A DNA stretch of 63,968 nucleotides, the filler included, from Catajapyx aquilonaris (lineage: Eukaryota), in NCBI GenBank assembly GCA_000934665.2. It is 3 parts of 3 records of this genome, joined end to end, with 100 filler letters (N's around TTAATTAATTAA, not from the genome) between each part and the next. Parts side by side here need not be neighbours in the genome. Positions count along the whole stretch, not along the records: positions 21,462 to 42,837 come from KZ539472.1; 2 more parts are not named here. One strand, 5' to 3'. This document shows positions 23,880 through 36,721 of the stretch, one piece after another. The position numbers and the translations under genes are program-made. The notes under the pieces are model-generated. The model worked only from the letters and a program-made list of their open reading frames with translations, was not told the DNA's origin and did not search any database. Every line of letters begins with the position of its first letter. Within the stretch, counting starts at the first letter, position 1.

Positions 23880-24360
23880 CACTGGCCAACAGATTTTTTG
23901 CGGCATTGATGCCAGCACTTGTTCTTACTTAATTCGAGGGTGCTTAATCCAAATCTGATGTTAGTTTTTCTCTGTAAGCTCCAGTTTTAGAACAGTGGTT
24001 CGTTCCTTCGCCTATGCTGTACCTATGCCCGCGTTAAGGCAAAAGTGGCCCTTTTGGAAAGATGGCGCGAAGCTCTATACAGCGAGGTTGGTTTGGCACA
24101 TTTAACACATTTGACATGAAAGGGCTAAGGTTATGATAGATGATAGATGATAGTTAAGCCTAATTCTCAAGCTAACCCTAATGTAAATAGCAAGGGGTGT
24201 CCTTTATTGTGAAAATCGCAAGTTTCAAATTGCATGAAAACTAGAGCTTGGAGAGGTAAACAGATTTCAGATTTGAAATCAGGGTTGAAAAAATACTTAG
24301 AATCAGTTGAAAAAGCTCATGCAGCAGATATTATTATTATTATTTTGTTGTTGGCCAGTG
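23880..24360. mobile_element. Tc1-like MITE
   Basis: TA|CACTGGCCAACA...TGTTGGCCAGTG with sub-terminal inverted blocks (aaatctga..ctccagtttt / aaaactagag..cagattt). Confidence 0.65.
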
Positions 24361-24376
24361 TTATCAACATTCAATA

Positions 24377-25196
24377 CAGTAAAACTTCTATAAGTCGAAT
24401 CTGCATGGGACCGGAAAAAAACTTCGAGTTATAGAAGATTCGAGTTAGAGAAGTTTGGCTTTTGTAAAGCACATAACTCTGTAAGGAAGCCTACCTTTAT
24501 ATCCAGCGACGAAAGGTGTTCAAAACTTAAAAATAACTGCCACTATCACACTTACCATGTTCCTCGTTGTTTTGTTGTAAAAAAATCTCTGTTATGGACA
24601 TTTGCCTACTCTTAGATTCAAGGATTCAATCATTGTCACAATCGAGTCAAACACTTCTTTCGGTACGTCTGGTAGACATAGATCAGGAAATTGAGCCTTT
24701 CTGTACATGTGACCTACTGTCGACCCTTCGGCTTGGAAATGAGAAAATTTTCTGTGCTCGCCAACATGAACTTCGACTTAGGGAGACTGAAAATGCATTG
24801 ATATCCCATCATAAGGCCCTGCCAGCACTTCGAGTTATGGAGAACTTCGAGCAGTGGCGGATCTATGGGGGGGGTGATCGGGGTGATCACCCTCCCCCCC
24901 NNNNNNNNNNNNNNNNNNNNNNNNNNNNNNNNNNNNNNNNNNNNNNNNNNNNNNNNNNNNNNNNNNNNNNNNNNNNNNNNNNNNNNNNNNNNNNNNNNNN
25001 NNNCCCCCCCCCCAACAACGACGTCTAGATCCGCCACTGACTTCGAGTGATAGAAATTCGAGTTACGGAAGTTTATTTCCTATTATTTTACATTGTGACC
25101 AACCAAGCTCATCATTTTCTTCGACTTATAGAGAACTTCGACTTAGGGAAGTTCGACTTATCAATTATAGACTTATCTATTATAGAAGTTTTACTG
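24377..25196. mobile_element. pogo/Tigger-like MITE
   Basis: TA|CAGTAAAACTTCTATAA...TTATAGAAGTTTTACTG|TA. Confidence 0.85.
24852..25039. mobile_element. hAT-type MITE nested in the previous element
   Basis: TIRs CAGTGGCGGATCTA / TAGATCCGCCACTG and 8-bp TSD acttcgag. The right end of the same family is at positions ~10-22. Confidence 0.88.
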
Positions 25197-25426
25197 TATA
25201 ATGAATCTGCAGAAAATATCATTTTGTTATGGAGAAATTGTGTTGTGTGGATATGTGCGTTAAATCACATTTTAAAGTATGGTATTCAAGTTTTACACTA
25301 CACCATGAGGGGAGATATTATATTGTCTAACAATTCTGGAATGCATTAGTAAATCTGTCTACAAGGTGTGGTTATTTTTATGTCTGAAGAATGATTTTTT
25401 CTTCAAAGAAATGAATTGCATTCTTA

Positions 25427-27192
25427 CCCCTTTGGAGCGCTGCACCTTGGCATGCATGGACTCTTATGGACATGCTGATTTTCATGTTTTCTCCATTGCA
25501 AATGCACCAAAAATAACACAAACTATGCTGTTAGATAGCCAGGAACAAGGACTCAATCTTCTTTTTGGCCATACACTTTGGTATACGTATGTAATTAATT
25601 GGAGAAAATTATGCACTTGAGCCATGTCACAAGTGCACTGGGAATGAGAAAAACTGGGCCATCACCAGGGTCTGCCCCGTCCACCTAATCCCTCCTCACT
25701 CGGGTGTCGGGTCCCAGCCAACGGGTCTTGGTGCAAGGGGGAGGAGGGGGGCAGATATATAATGCTAGTCCTTATCTACCTTCCTCAGGCTTATAGCAGG
25801 TGGTGCATTGACCTTATAAAATAATCCATCAACTCTTTTAAGGATGTCCCGTTTTCCTTTTTGACAGCAAATATGAATTCAAGGTGTCGAAATCCTACAT
25901 TTTCATACTCAGTTCGTACCAAGCATATCACAAACAGGCCCACGGAAGGCCATGCATGGAAAGTAAAACCTATTGCAGTTATCATTCTAGAGCTACTTGT
26001 GACATGCCTGGCATGAATCGCACATGAAAATATAGGTTTGCGACACCTTAGAATTCATATTTGGTGTCAAAAATGCAAAAAGGGACATAATTTAAAAAGT
26101 TTCTGGATTATTTCAGAAGGTCCAATACACCACCTTCTATAAGCCCAAAGGGGTAGATATGGAGGGGTCTTACTTATCTGCTCCCCTCCTAGTGGCCTGC
26201 CCAAACCCTTGGCAACATTTCAGCCCACTTGATTTGGAATGACCCCTATATTTTGGGCATTTTCGTTTTTTGACTGCCCCAAGGCCAAAAACGAAATTCA
26301 GACAAAATGAATGGTCATTCTGAGTTACAAGTGACCTAAGGGACATGGAAATAGTGATGAATTCCTGTTGATAAAATCATATTGCATAGTGTAATTACAG
26401 TAAAGTGGTGATCAATCTCCATATTCTGCATTAGGTGTGCATTACATAGTAAAAGTGATTGGTCGTGATCAGAAGTCACTTTAAATCTGTGAAAAAATCT
26501 GCAGCACTTCTACTGCCATTCCAGGGAAAAGATAGAGATGCAATTACGTAGTAGTGACAATGACATCCAGAATATTAAAGAGTAGTTTTCCCATTTTTGC
26601 ACATGCTTTTATTAGAGTAAAACCTATACATCGCATCACAGATAATGAAATAATCGTATGCTATGTGATAGCTTTCATGACATGATTTACAATGTATTGA
26701 TTTGGAAATAAATATTATAATGGTGAATTTGTTTTAAATTAAATTATCCAGGCCTTTGGGAAAAAACAAAATCATATTTCAAAGGAGACGGGGTTCCTCT
26801 CACCCACCATCCTCTCCTCAACCCATCCTTCACTGCTGGACTTGTGAGCTCTGTAAAGGAGAGGAAGTGGGGGACGAAGGCTGTATGGGACCTGAGTGAG
26901 GAGGGATGGGATGGAGGGGTGAGACCTGCTGGTGATGGCCCGGTTTTTCTCATTCCCAGGGCACTTGTGACATGGCTCATATGAATAATTTTCTCCAATT
27001 AAGTACACACTTATGCTAAAGCATATGCCCAAAAAGACGGATGTCCCCATTGAGTCCTTGTTCCCGGCTATCTAACGGCATAATTTGTCTTATTTTTGGT
27101 CCATTTGCAATGGAGAAAACATGAAAATCAACATGTCCATAAGTTCATGCAAACAGTAGATCTCTGGGCCAAGGCGCAGCGCTCCAAAGGGG
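25427..27192. mobile_element. piggyBac-like non-autonomous element with ~250-bp inverted ends and internal insertions
   Basis: ccctttggagcgctgc..cttggc at 25428 and gccaaggcgcagcgctccaaaggg ending ~27191. Inverted similarity spans 25427-25680 vs 26925-27192. Confidence 0.7.
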
Positions 27193-27480
27193 TCTGCATA
27201 TCTGTTAAGACGTAAATGTAGCATATGACTTCAATTTGATGTGGGTGTCATATACCATTAGAAACAAAAGTTATCTCAGATCTGTGGCAGTGGGAATTTT
27301 GCTTATTCCATTTTGTCCTCATATAAATCTAGAGGGATCCAGAGAAAGTAATATGATATTCTTTTGACTGATCCTACTTTATTGTCAGTGGAGCATGATG
27401 GCTTTAGAACAAGACTACCTCTCTCATATGGTGTTCTACAATACTAATTTTTCTTGTAATGAGTTGTTTCTTATTTACAG

Positions 27481-27565
27481 GGAAGACCATCTTATATGAT
27501 GGGATACAAGACCATATAAAATGGGCCAAGGATCATGCTCTTCAATTATTTCCCCTAACATTTAG
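27481..27565 (+). CDS. ZFYVE26: ZFYVE26 internal exon
   Basis: Acceptor ttacag and donor gtttgt. Reads KTILYDGIQDHIKWAKDHALQLFPLTF; phase 1 in, phase 2 out. Confidence 0.78.
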
Positions 27566-27840
27566 GTTTGTACAATAAGTTTGTGTTAAGGCCTGTACGC
27601 ACTTTTGTGAAAATGTATGTGGCACGATACATTTGGGAGAAAGAGAGGAGTGAGAGCAATGTGCAGAAGGGGAGGGAAAAAGCACATGACTGAAATGTGT
27701 GGGAAAAGGCAAGTGCACAGGATCCCAGAACTGCGAAGCATTCTTGCAGACAGGATTAAGTTGATTGTTTCCCTCAGAAAGTGAGACCCTGTCCACATGG
27801 TTGTTATGCTGACTTCTCCTTTTTTCCCCAAACCCATGTA

Positions 27841-28390
27841 CCGTATTTACTCGCATACAAGACGCACTCCGGTTTTGAGGCGAAAAATTGTGGAAAATCG
27901 GTTGTTGACTCATATAAGACGCACCCAGATTGTTGCCGTAGTTTGGGAACTGGCCTCGAGCTGCCGGCAGCAACCTCGTGTGCAATGCATGTGCGTGTGG
28001 AATCCATTAAAATCCAGTAAAGGGGGGGGGGGGGGGGGGNTTAAAAGGGGGGGGGGGAGTGGAAAATGGGACAATGCTACGCATCTGAAACGTATAGGTA
28101 GCAAGGTCACACCGGAATTGTGCACGTGTGGGGACAGGGAGAGCATATCAATGGAAGTGAAGGAGAAACGCAGGTCGTACCGTGCCGATTTCAAGAGGAA
28201 AGTGATCAACTGTGCTGACAGGACATCAAACCGACAAGCTTAAATTTTTCAATAAACGATTTTCACGATTTCTCACGGGTTTCACCGGTTGTGCCCTGCC
28301 GTATAAGACGCACACGCGTATAAGACGCACCCTACTTTTTGAGCTACAAAAATCGGGAAAAAAGTGCGTCTTATATGCGAGTAAATACGG
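27841..28390 (+). mobile_element. pogo-family deletion derivative retaining the transposase N-terminus
   Basis: TA|CCGTATTTACTCGCATA...TATGCGAGTAAATACGG|TA. MEVKEKRRSYRADFKRKVINCADRTSNRQA resembles a Brinker-type DNA-binding domain. Confidence 0.88.
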
Positions 28391-28480
28391 TAGTTTTTTA
28401 TGAATGTATGTACAGGCCACAAGAGACATCTATTATGATCAAGAGTTTTGACAGTATGATCAAGTGTTTTACTATTTCAG

Positions 28481-28751
28481 GGTGGAGATTCTAGAAGACA
28501 TGTTCTCGTTTTTGTTTCTGCGCCACAGTGATTGGTGGGAAGAGGAAGGTTCTGATAGTGCAGGGGATGTTGAGCTGGAAGAAGGATCTAAATTAGGTCA
28601 AGTCCTACCTGAAAAGTCAGACTTATCTCCAGATCTCATACCAGAAGGGGATGGTCATTCTCTGTCAAAAGAATTCTCAACCTATGAACCTATTGCTGCA
28701 TTTGACACTAGTCCAGAGGAGCTGGCCAGTACTGTCCTACAAACCATTCAT
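28481..28751 (+). CDS. ZFYVE26: ZFYVE26 internal exon
   Basis: RVEILEDMFSFLFLRHSD resembles vertebrate LELLENIFSLLL..SAD. Acceptor tttcag, donor gttagt. Confidence 0.82.
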
Positions 28752-28880
28752 GTTAGTCTGTATTGCATTACACTAAATGATTTTATGTATGCTCTTGGGC
28801 ATCTGCCTTGAAACAGGCAAGGTACTGTACTAGTCAGTGTTGGAAAATCTTTGGTGGGGCCTTTCTATATTTTGCAACTA

Positions 28881-29665
28881 CAGTGCGCCCCGCTTATTTG
28901 GACCACATCGGGGCCACGGCATTTTGGCCCAATAAAGCGGGGGTTCAATTAACAGGGGTTCATATGAAACCGAAAATGAAAAAACCGCAAAAAATTAGAC
29001 TGCACTACCAGATTTCATCATCAAAAATTATTGTGCAACAGGTGAAGGTAAAATCGTCGTATAAAAGTGACTGTGTCATGCAAATGTCATGGAAGTGCAA
29101 AGTACTGTACGACTGTACAGTAATTTTAGTGCTCACTCCGCTATAAAAATTGACTAGTGACACCTGCCGGGTTCTTGTTTTTGACTTCATGTTAACAAAG
29201 TCCGCGCAGGTGTCGAGTGCAGTCACAGGACTGTCATCATTCCCTACTTGCATAAAAAATCGTCTTAAAATAGCCACAGAATTCCGCACTTCTGTGGTTG
29301 TCACTGGAATGAGTGCAGGTGTTTCATCCTCCTCACTATCTTGGTCACCCTCCTCCTTTTGGTAATTGGCCACCACTTGATCAAGTATGGCATGTTCCAC
29401 CCCGGATGCACTACTGTAAATGACTTAGGACTTAATCACAAGCCCTACAGACGTTATGTGCAGTACGGTAGTATAGCATTATAGCAACCAAACTGGTCCG
29501 ACTAACCGGGAAAATCACCAGCTAAGCGGGAAAAAATTACATTGATGGTATTGATTTGATTCTGGTCCTGGACATTCGGTCCAAAAATACGGGGGGGGGG
29601 GGGGNAGAGAGAGAGAGAGAGAGAGAGAGAGATAAACCCGGGCACCAATTAAGCAGGGCGCATTG
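28881..29665 (-). mobile_element. Tigger-like deletion derivative with the transposase C-terminus
   Basis: TA|CAGTGCGCCCCGCTTA...TAAGCAGGGCGCATTG|TA. The minus ORF has an acidic stretch, then TTTEVRNSVAILRRFF...RQVSLVNFY, typical of Tigger C-termini. Confidence 0.82.
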
Positions 29666-29732
29666 TATACATTAAATTTTTGTTAGCACTTGGAACAAAT
29701 CTTAAACAATATTTGGTAACTCAAAGAATTGA

Positions 29733-30007
29733 GGGGCGACACGGTGGCGGAGTGGTTAGCGCCGCAGCCTTCCACCTCTAAGGTCCCGAGTTCGATCCCC
29801 GGGTCGGACGGACGATACTTATGTGGATAGAGTTTCGATGGGTTCTCTCCGTGTTCGCGTGGGTTTTCTCGGGGTTCTCCCGTTTCCTCCCACTATCAAA
29901 ATCCATCACATTTCAGGCAAATGATTAAAGTCGGTAATTCAAAAGATGATCCCCTAAGAGGCCCAAGGGGCCTATCACGGGGTATCCATTATTATAAAAA
30001 AAAAAAA
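29733..30007 (+). mobile_element. tRNA-derived SINE, family C
   Basis: A box TGGCGGAGTGG, B box GAGTTCGATCC, poly-A tail and 15-bp TSD aactcaaagaattga. Confidence 0.9.
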
Positions 30008-30082
30008 AACTCAAAGAATTGATGTGAAAAGTTTAATTTTTAAATTTCGTGAGTTGATCTGATCATTCTTTTCCATGTGTAG

Positions 30083-30302
30083 ATGATTGAAGCTCGAGTT
30101 TCATCTCCATCCACATCTGGTGATAACACAGAACATTCAACATGGGAGTGGCAAAAAGCAACAACCATTCCAGTTTCAGAAACAAGCAAAGGTCCAACAT
30201 CACCACAGCCATTGTCAATGTCAAACAGCAGCCTAGTGTCTGGCAGCAGACAGCGTAAAACTGCATCTTCAAAGGAGAGAACCAAGTGTCGCAATCTGTC
30301 AG
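30083..30302 (+). CDS. ZFYVE26: ZFYVE26 internal exon (Ser/Thr-rich linker)
   Basis: Acceptor gtgtag and donor gtgagt. Phase 0 in, phase 1 out, open frame. Confidence 0.75.
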
Positions 30303-30544
30303 GTGAGTTTTCTCATTAACCCTATAGCTACCAACTTTTTTTGATCAAATGTGCTGACCTTTACCAAATTTGTGTTAGCTAGAAGTGCTGTTGTTTTTTT
30401 TAACCTGATGCTTCAAGCATGTTGGGGGAACATGTAAAGATAGCCATAATGTAGTTTCCCTTGACCCCACCAATGTGGTAGGAAAAACCATACCAGGCTG
30501 GGGCAGCATGGTACTAGGAAACTGCTAGTCTAGTGGGTCACACA

Positions 30545-30770
30545 CAGCGCCGGACTTACACCCCCCCCCCCCCCCCCCCCNCCCTGAAGCAGTTTAGATT
30601 CACCACCACCCTCCCGCTGTATGTTGCTCAAAAATTTCATTTTTCTCCTGTGTTTTCGCCTTTGTTTTATTATATCATATTTTATTTTATTTAAAAATAT
30701 ATATATTCCATATCTTGCGCCCGCCCCCCTAGGTAATTGCCTACTCTGCCTATTGGGAAATCCGGCGCTG
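30545..30770. mobile_element. hAT-type MITE
   Basis: TIRs CAGCGCCGGA / TCCGGCGCTG and 8-bp TSD gtcacaca. Confidence 0.85.
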
Positions 30771-30823
30771 GTCACACACCCACAAGCAGCTTATCCCTAT
30801 TCTGATTTTAGGGCATCCATGAA

Positions 30824-31655
30824 TCCTTTGAAGCCTACGTGCATCATATGATGTCCTGAGGGCTTTTGAATTTGGCGTGATAGGATGGGCATAAAGAATT
30901 CGAACTTTGTGATTCCAAATGTGGTTCAATATGCTCCTGCCATCTCTTGGATGGTGACTCAACTACCCATAATGCCCCCCTATTCCCGCCACGTTGAGTC
31001 GTATATGGCAAGGTCATGTTGCTCCGTCATGATCGCTGAGGTAAACATGCCCCCTCAGTACAGGGTGTCCCGTAAAGTTTGGACCCTTGGGAGTTTCTCA
31101 TAATACAGTGTTGTGGTAATATTATGTAATATATCAGCCATCAGCTCTTTAGGGGGGAAGTGTGTTTTGCCTGGAACTCTGCTTTTTTCATTTTACGTGC
31201 TCTTTGGGATAGGATAGGGACGGAAGGAAGTGGCTGTGGCCTATTAATTACGGAAGCAACTACGGAATTTTCCTAGAAGGACCGTGGGAAACCACAGAAA
31301 ACCTCGGTCAGAGTTGCTGGCACCGGAATTTGATCCCAGGACCTCCCGATTAGCAGTGGGACACCATATCCCCTCCTCCAAACTGCTTCGGTCCATAATA
31401 ACAATGTATAGTGACTGAGTAAACTTGTTATGCCTATCGACGTTCAGAGAGCCAGGCGATTCTTTAAAGAATTATTTCTGGGACACCCTGCAGATGAATT
31501 TTCTCCGGCATGTTACATTCAAAAGGACCACCACGAATTAAAATGATTAATTTTGGTGTGAATATGTTATTATTAATATCACTCCTACATCGAATTTTGC
31601 ACAAAAACAGAAAGAAACATCCCAAAAACCTGCCAAAAACTTAGCCTTCAAAGGG
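30824..31655. mobile_element. piggyBac-like element holding a Tc1 MITE (31061-31490), which holds a family-D SINE (31200-31393, minus)
   Basis: Outer ends tcctttgaagccta / tagccttcaaaggg|ttaa. Inner element TA|CAGGGTGTCCC...GGGACACCCTG. The SINE matches 53700-53908. Confidence 0.65.
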
Positions 31656-31753
31656 TTAATTTACCCCAAGCAGGATCATAATTATAATCAGAATGTTCAT
31701 TCTTGTGTACACAAATTATGTATATGAAGCATGTGTGTGTTTTTCTTTTACAG

Positions 31754-31979
31754 GAGGATCAGGTGTAGTGAGTGGAGGTAGTGCAGGTGTCCGAAACTAT
31801 GGGTTGGGGTTTGTATGTGACCAGCAGTTTGTGAGCTTGTTGGTGGAGGCCTTGCATGAGGCCACCTTGCAGACATGTACAGACATATATTCTACTCATG
31901 GGCAAATTGGAGAATGCACAGAAGATATTCCTGTTAATACAACTGTCACTTCTTCAACTCTGAAGCAAAGGGCAAACAG
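31754..31979 (+). CDS. ZFYVE26: ZFYVE26 internal exon
   Basis: GFVCDQQFVSLLVEALHE resembles vertebrate GFLVDEFAIGAFLRLLQE. Acceptor ttacag, donor gttagc. Confidence 0.82.
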
Positions 31980-32357
31980 GTTAGCACCATTTCTTTTTTG
32001 TTCACATATGTGGACTTCCCCAAACAATGCATCTTGAAAGTTATAGATCTGAGACCTCTCTTCTATTCAGAAGAATAGGGAACATGTGGTCATAATTTGT
32101 TGATTATCATTTTAATGCAAATTGATTTGAAAACTATTATCTGCTACGAAGATTAATGTATGAGGCACTCAGGATGCACAAGTGAACATCAAAGCCAATG
32201 GGGAAGTCCTGAAAATTCTTGAAATATTCTGTTGACATGTTCTAATGTGCCATCTACAGTGTTGTTGTCCTTACTTGCATTGTTTCAACTTAGATCATTT
32301 GGTGTCATTAAAGGGCAGTTGTATCAAAGCAAAGGGAAAATGTCAAATTAATATATG

Positions 32358-33264
32358 CGAGGGCTATTTTTAAATTAGTTGCTGTGCACTGTGAAATAAA
32401 AAGAAGAGCTATGAAAAATATTTTAATACTTACCGAGCTACATTCTTATGCTACTTTACCACATAGTCACCATCCCAATTGAATCACTTGTTGTAACGCG
32501 GCACCAATTTTTGTACAGTGTTGGACATAAATTGACTCATACTGCTAGCGACATTTTCCGAAGCGGCAGAAGAATGAATCGAAGATATGGATGGTGCAAG
32601 CCGTGCAAGCAAGATTCGTTCTTCTGCCACTTCAGAAAATGTCGCTAGCAGTATGACTCGATTAATGTCCAACACTGTACGCGCACCCCATAGAAGGTTG
32701 CCGCCTGGCTACTGAGCCAACCTATCACACCCTTTTTCAGCTCTCCGCAGTTCTTAAGCTCACTATCTACAATGATTGTGATAGCCTAGCTTTCCTGTCA
32801 CAAAGTCATACGGAGCTGACCACGAAATGTGGGGGTAAATCATCAGACAGGTCAGAAACTGTCAACTAAGGCTTCATAACCACATTGTTCAGTTTTCAAC
32901 AACATCATCAGTCGCCACAGATTTTTTCCCTTGACCTTCCTTATCATGGGCATCAGTTCCTCCTTTTTGAAAATTCTACACAGTCACTCATACACTTTTC
33001 TCCTGACACATTACACGATTCCTATGCATTTCGGCTGCATTGTGTCCCTTAGCTTGGAGAAATCAAATTACAGAGAGAACGTGGCTTTTGGCGAGAGCGT
33101 CAATTGTATTGTGGTTAGAAAAGAGGGTGCCACGTTATGACAAGTGACTATGTGGAGGAGTAGCAGAAGAGTGACTCTCACTTTTGTGAGTATTAAAATA
33201 TTTTGCATTGCTCTCGTTGTTTTTTTTCACAGCTCATCGGAACTTCATTTTAAAATAGCCCTCG
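32358..33264. mobile_element. Mariner-derived element with a nested palindromic MITE (32516-32677)
   Basis: CGAGGGCTATTTT...AAAATAGCCCTCG|TA. Inner element TA|CAGTGTTGGACAT...ATGTCCAACACTG|TA. Confidence 0.8.
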
Positions 33265-33470
33265 TACAATACACATTGGAGATTTCTTCCTTACTTTGAG
33301 TTGATACAACCAGAACTCTATGTCACGTAACAGTACATAAATAATTATGTGTTCAGACTTTTTAAAACTCCTTTGAAGATATGTTTGTGACAATGAGTGA
33401 TCACATGGTTGATTTTCTTATACATAATCAAAATTTTTATGAGGTCTCATGCTAACAATGTGAATGGTAG

Positions 33471-33676
33471 GCTGTCCCAAATGGTGACAGAAGCAAAGTG
33501 GAGGCTGCATCTGGTGGTCAATGACACTGAACTTCCAGAAGAAATTTGGATGTGGAACTGGGAGGGTGAGGAGGAAGAGGAGAGTGAAGATGAAGGAGTA
33601 GAATTGATAAAAGACCATGGAGTCAAGAAAAAGCTCTCATCTGCCAGGTCCAGTGAGTCAGAAGCCACTTCCCAAG
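33471..33676 (+). CDS. ZFYVE26: ZFYVE26 internal exon
   Basis: RLSQMVTEAKWRLHLV matches the conserved spastizin motif RLSKVVSEAQWR..VV. Phase 2 in, phase 1 out. Confidence 0.85.
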
Positions 33677-34155
33677 GTGCAGTAAAAGCATTCAAATGTA
33701 TTGGAATTAATTTGAGGGAATGGCAGTTTCTGTTAGTTGGGGTCTACAGTGCATGGTTTAGAGTTATTGCGAATTGTACAGTGAAATCTGCAAGGAGAAG
33801 AGACATTTGGTTCCACTTTATTTTTTTATAACAAACCTGATTTTGTTGTATAAGACACTACAAAACTAAGAACGATGTCCATAAGCCTTGTTCACATTCG
33901 TGCACGTCTTAGGTACTATATCGCTCAAAATATAGCGATATAGTACATTCACACATTCATGCCTCCAGATTTATAATGAAGACCTCTCTGAATAAGGTCA
34001 TCAGACCTTACCTGACATTCATTATAACGTTCATGTGTGAGAAAAGGACTGAAGCAATCTGGTACTGCAGATATGTTGCAGGTTTAAATTTTATGAAGTT
34101 TACAGTAGCATATGATTAGGAACTTTTATGCCTATTTACAATTTCATCTTTCTAG

Positions 34156-34373
34156 TAAGTTCTCACTCAGTATCGCAGAGTAAGAACAGGGTCTTTCTTT
34201 TAGGTAGTTCAGAACAGAATTCTTCATCAAGAAGCAGCAATGTCCAGGGACTGAGATCACTCCAGACTTTTCACCAGAGAGGCACTGTCTCTGAAATGCT
34301 TGCTAGTCCTGCAAGTTTGGCTTCACTTTGCCTTGTTCATGGAAATCTGGAGAAAGTGGGACAGATCATCCAG
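34156..34373 (+). CDS. ZFYVE26: ZFYVE26 internal exon
   Basis: MLASPASLASLCLVHGNLEKVGQIIQ resembles vertebrate MFSPPESLLASCILRGNFAEAHQVL. Donor gtaact. Confidence 0.85.
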
Positions 34374-34406
34374 GTAACTATATTTTTTTATTATGTGAGG
34401 AAGTTG

Positions 34407-34865
34407 TTACATTAGCTGAAAATTTTGAAGCAGGCTATAGTAGATCTTCTTCTCTTCAGTGGAAGGATCGTAAGTCCTTACATTTCCTTCAGGCTGAGGC
34501 CAGAATCCTGGTTTGTTGTTTATGATCTTGTTTTGCATATCCAGCATCAGGGCCTTTTGTTTGCACCATAATGGAATGCAGTCATAGCAAAAGTCTTTAT
34601 AGTAGGATAGGATGAGCAGTGACACCACAACCAAAGGGAAGATCCAGACTATCAACACTATCCATATATTTCTTTGAGTATCGAAGGTATATGTGTAGCT
34701 CGTGAAGTCAGCCCAGACACACTTGATGGCATCTAGAGGGTTTGGCTCAGAACAGATATCTTTTCCTGGTTTAAAAAATGTTTCGTTAGGCCAGTTATAT
34801 GAACAGGAGCTAAGGTTAACTATGGAGTTAGCTGTTGTATGCATATAGACCAACTCTATAGTTAT
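34407..34865 (-). CDS. Nested antisense gene, last exon (Cys-containing juxtamembrane region, one TM helix, cytoplasmic tail)
   Basis: Open frame of ~152 codons with N-glycosylation sequons (NLS, NET), TM segment IWIVLIVWIFPLVVVSLLILSYY, a ~60-aa tail and stop at 34407. The exact acceptor is uncertain. Confidence 0.62.
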   Translation of the reverse strand: MTIELVYMHTTANSIVNLSSCSYNWPNETFFKPGKDICSEPNPLDAIKCVWADFTSYTYTFDTQRNIWIVLIVWIFPLVVVSLLILSYYKDFCYDCIPLWCKQKALMLDMQNKIINNKPGFWPQPEGNVRTYDPSTEEKKIYYSLLQNFQLM

Positions 34866-36518
34866 CTATACCTCATGTTCTTACAACTAACCCTTATTAT
34901 AGCATCTTGAATGGACATATTAAAAGGATCCCTTCCAAGAGCTATTTTGTTGCTTTGCACCATAATTTTTAAAGGAGACAGAGTGGAATTTTTGCCCGAC
35001 TACTAGTTACCTCTAACTAAGCAGTACCAGAGTGCCAACACTGGTACTTCTATGTTAGCAGTGTCTAGCAGTGGGACAAAAATTCAACCCATGGTACCTA
35101 ACAATAGCAGAAGCAAAAGTGAAAGTGCCTTTTTTCCTATTGGGTTTATGAGTTGTGAAAATCAGGCTTTGAAAGACTGAATTTGCCAATTACTTTATAT
35201 TTATACTCGCTCCGCGAGGCGGGGGGTTCCCCCCCTCCCCCCCTTCCCCGTGTCGGCGCGAATTGGTCCGGTCCTCAGCAGGTCCTCCTAGGTCTCCGTA
35301 ACTCTCTGAGGCCCGGTGCAAGTCCGCTGCACCCTTCTCCCACTCTCCGATGCGAACACAGCAAGAATTTTTACGCAAAAATTGGTCGGAGCGAGGTGGC
35401 ATCCGTTTACAGAACACCAGTGACATCACCACTAAAGGTGTGGAGTATCAGAATGCGCCCTAGCTGACGTATCGTGAAAAAGGCACCATGATGCAATAAC
35501 AGATGACTTAGTGACAGGGTTGAGTAGGGGAGGAGGATACGAGGGGCCGGGGGCAGTGGGAGGTTGTGGGTGGTGGAGGCGATCGCAGCGCTCGTCTATG
35601 GGCCGCGCGGGGCAACTATCCGAGGGTATTTGCTGATACACTTAATTTTTTATCTCGAAAATGGCTGGGAAATTCGCGATTATGAGGATTTTTGGAAACA
35701 GTAAACCGGGGGCAAGGAATCCAACGGTGTAAGTCCGAGGTCTCTGCGATACCGGGAAGTGCGAAATCTTTTCCATCCTATATCCTCCTCGGATTGGGGC
35801 TTTATATATACTTGACTTGATACTTCATATCCACTCTTTCCAAAGGGCCCAAGTACCAAAATTTCGAAAAACCATTTTATTGTGGATTCCTACTCTTGGA
35901 GTTGGCCTCACAGCCCTGGTGAAGATGAAGAGCCAAAGTCAATCAGAAGTGCCTCAAAATTGAATGTGACGATTTGCGGTCCATTGCCTACTACTGGACT
36001 TGGGCCCTTTGGCAACTGACTGGACATAAATCAGATTCTGATTGATGTTAATAATAATTAATCTAGGATGGAAATATCACTGATCACACCTTTCTTTGTA
36101 GTACTACTTTATGAATATGATGTGTTCAGATGGACAGGCTATACCACTGAAATTTGCAGCATGAAATGTTGGTGCAGGCGTTCACTTGCCAAAAGGCCCA
36201 AGTCCACTGATTTTTACATTCAATCAGCTCTGACCTATTTCTTTCTAGTAGATGAAGTTTATGCCACTAGGTATGTATAATGGTGCCCTAAACCGCAAAA
36301 CTCTGTATGGAGCAATTACGCATATACGCAGTTTTTAGTCTCTCCTGAAAAATTTCACCACGTAGACTTGGGCCCTTTGGCAAGTGACGTCTTCAATTGT
36401 CAAATGGTCACCGGAGGAAATTTGAAGGTGGAGGAATTTTTATTTCAATTTATACAGGTCAATGGTAGATCACACCCAATTTTTTGAGCCATGTAAGCTA
36501 TTATGCTCTAAAACTGAC

Positions 36519-36664
36519 ATTTAATGAAATTGATGATGAGGTAGAGCTGATTGCAAAATGTGGCAACCCTTGAAGTGGGGTATTACAGTGGGCTAACATG
36601 ACTGTGCTCATGCCATATAATTGATTAATATGTGGCTGTAAAAATTGGGCATGATGTACCTTTG
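36519..36664 (-). CDS. Nested antisense gene, candidate internal exon
   Basis: Acceptor ttttacag and donor gtcagt. Open frame KVHHAQFLQPHINQLYGMSTVMLAHCNTPLQGLPHFAISSTSSSISLN. Confidence 0.4.
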
Positions 36665-36721
36665 CTGTAAAACTTGAAATCAAAATTTTTTCATCTTCCA
36701 ATTTCCTCATGTGGCCATTAA

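Noticed and set aside
29733..29810. tRNA genes (also at 10390, 18973, 53908 and others)
   Set aside because: A/B boxes are present, but they continue into shared non-tRNA bodies with tails and TSDs, so these are SINE heads.
34435..34469. Possible short plus-strand ZFYVE26 exon (AIVDLLLFSGRI, followed by gtaagt)
   Set aside because: Homology runs directly from the exon ending 34373 into 40480, and this stretch is the coding tail of the antisense gene. It cannot be fully excluded as a cassette exon.
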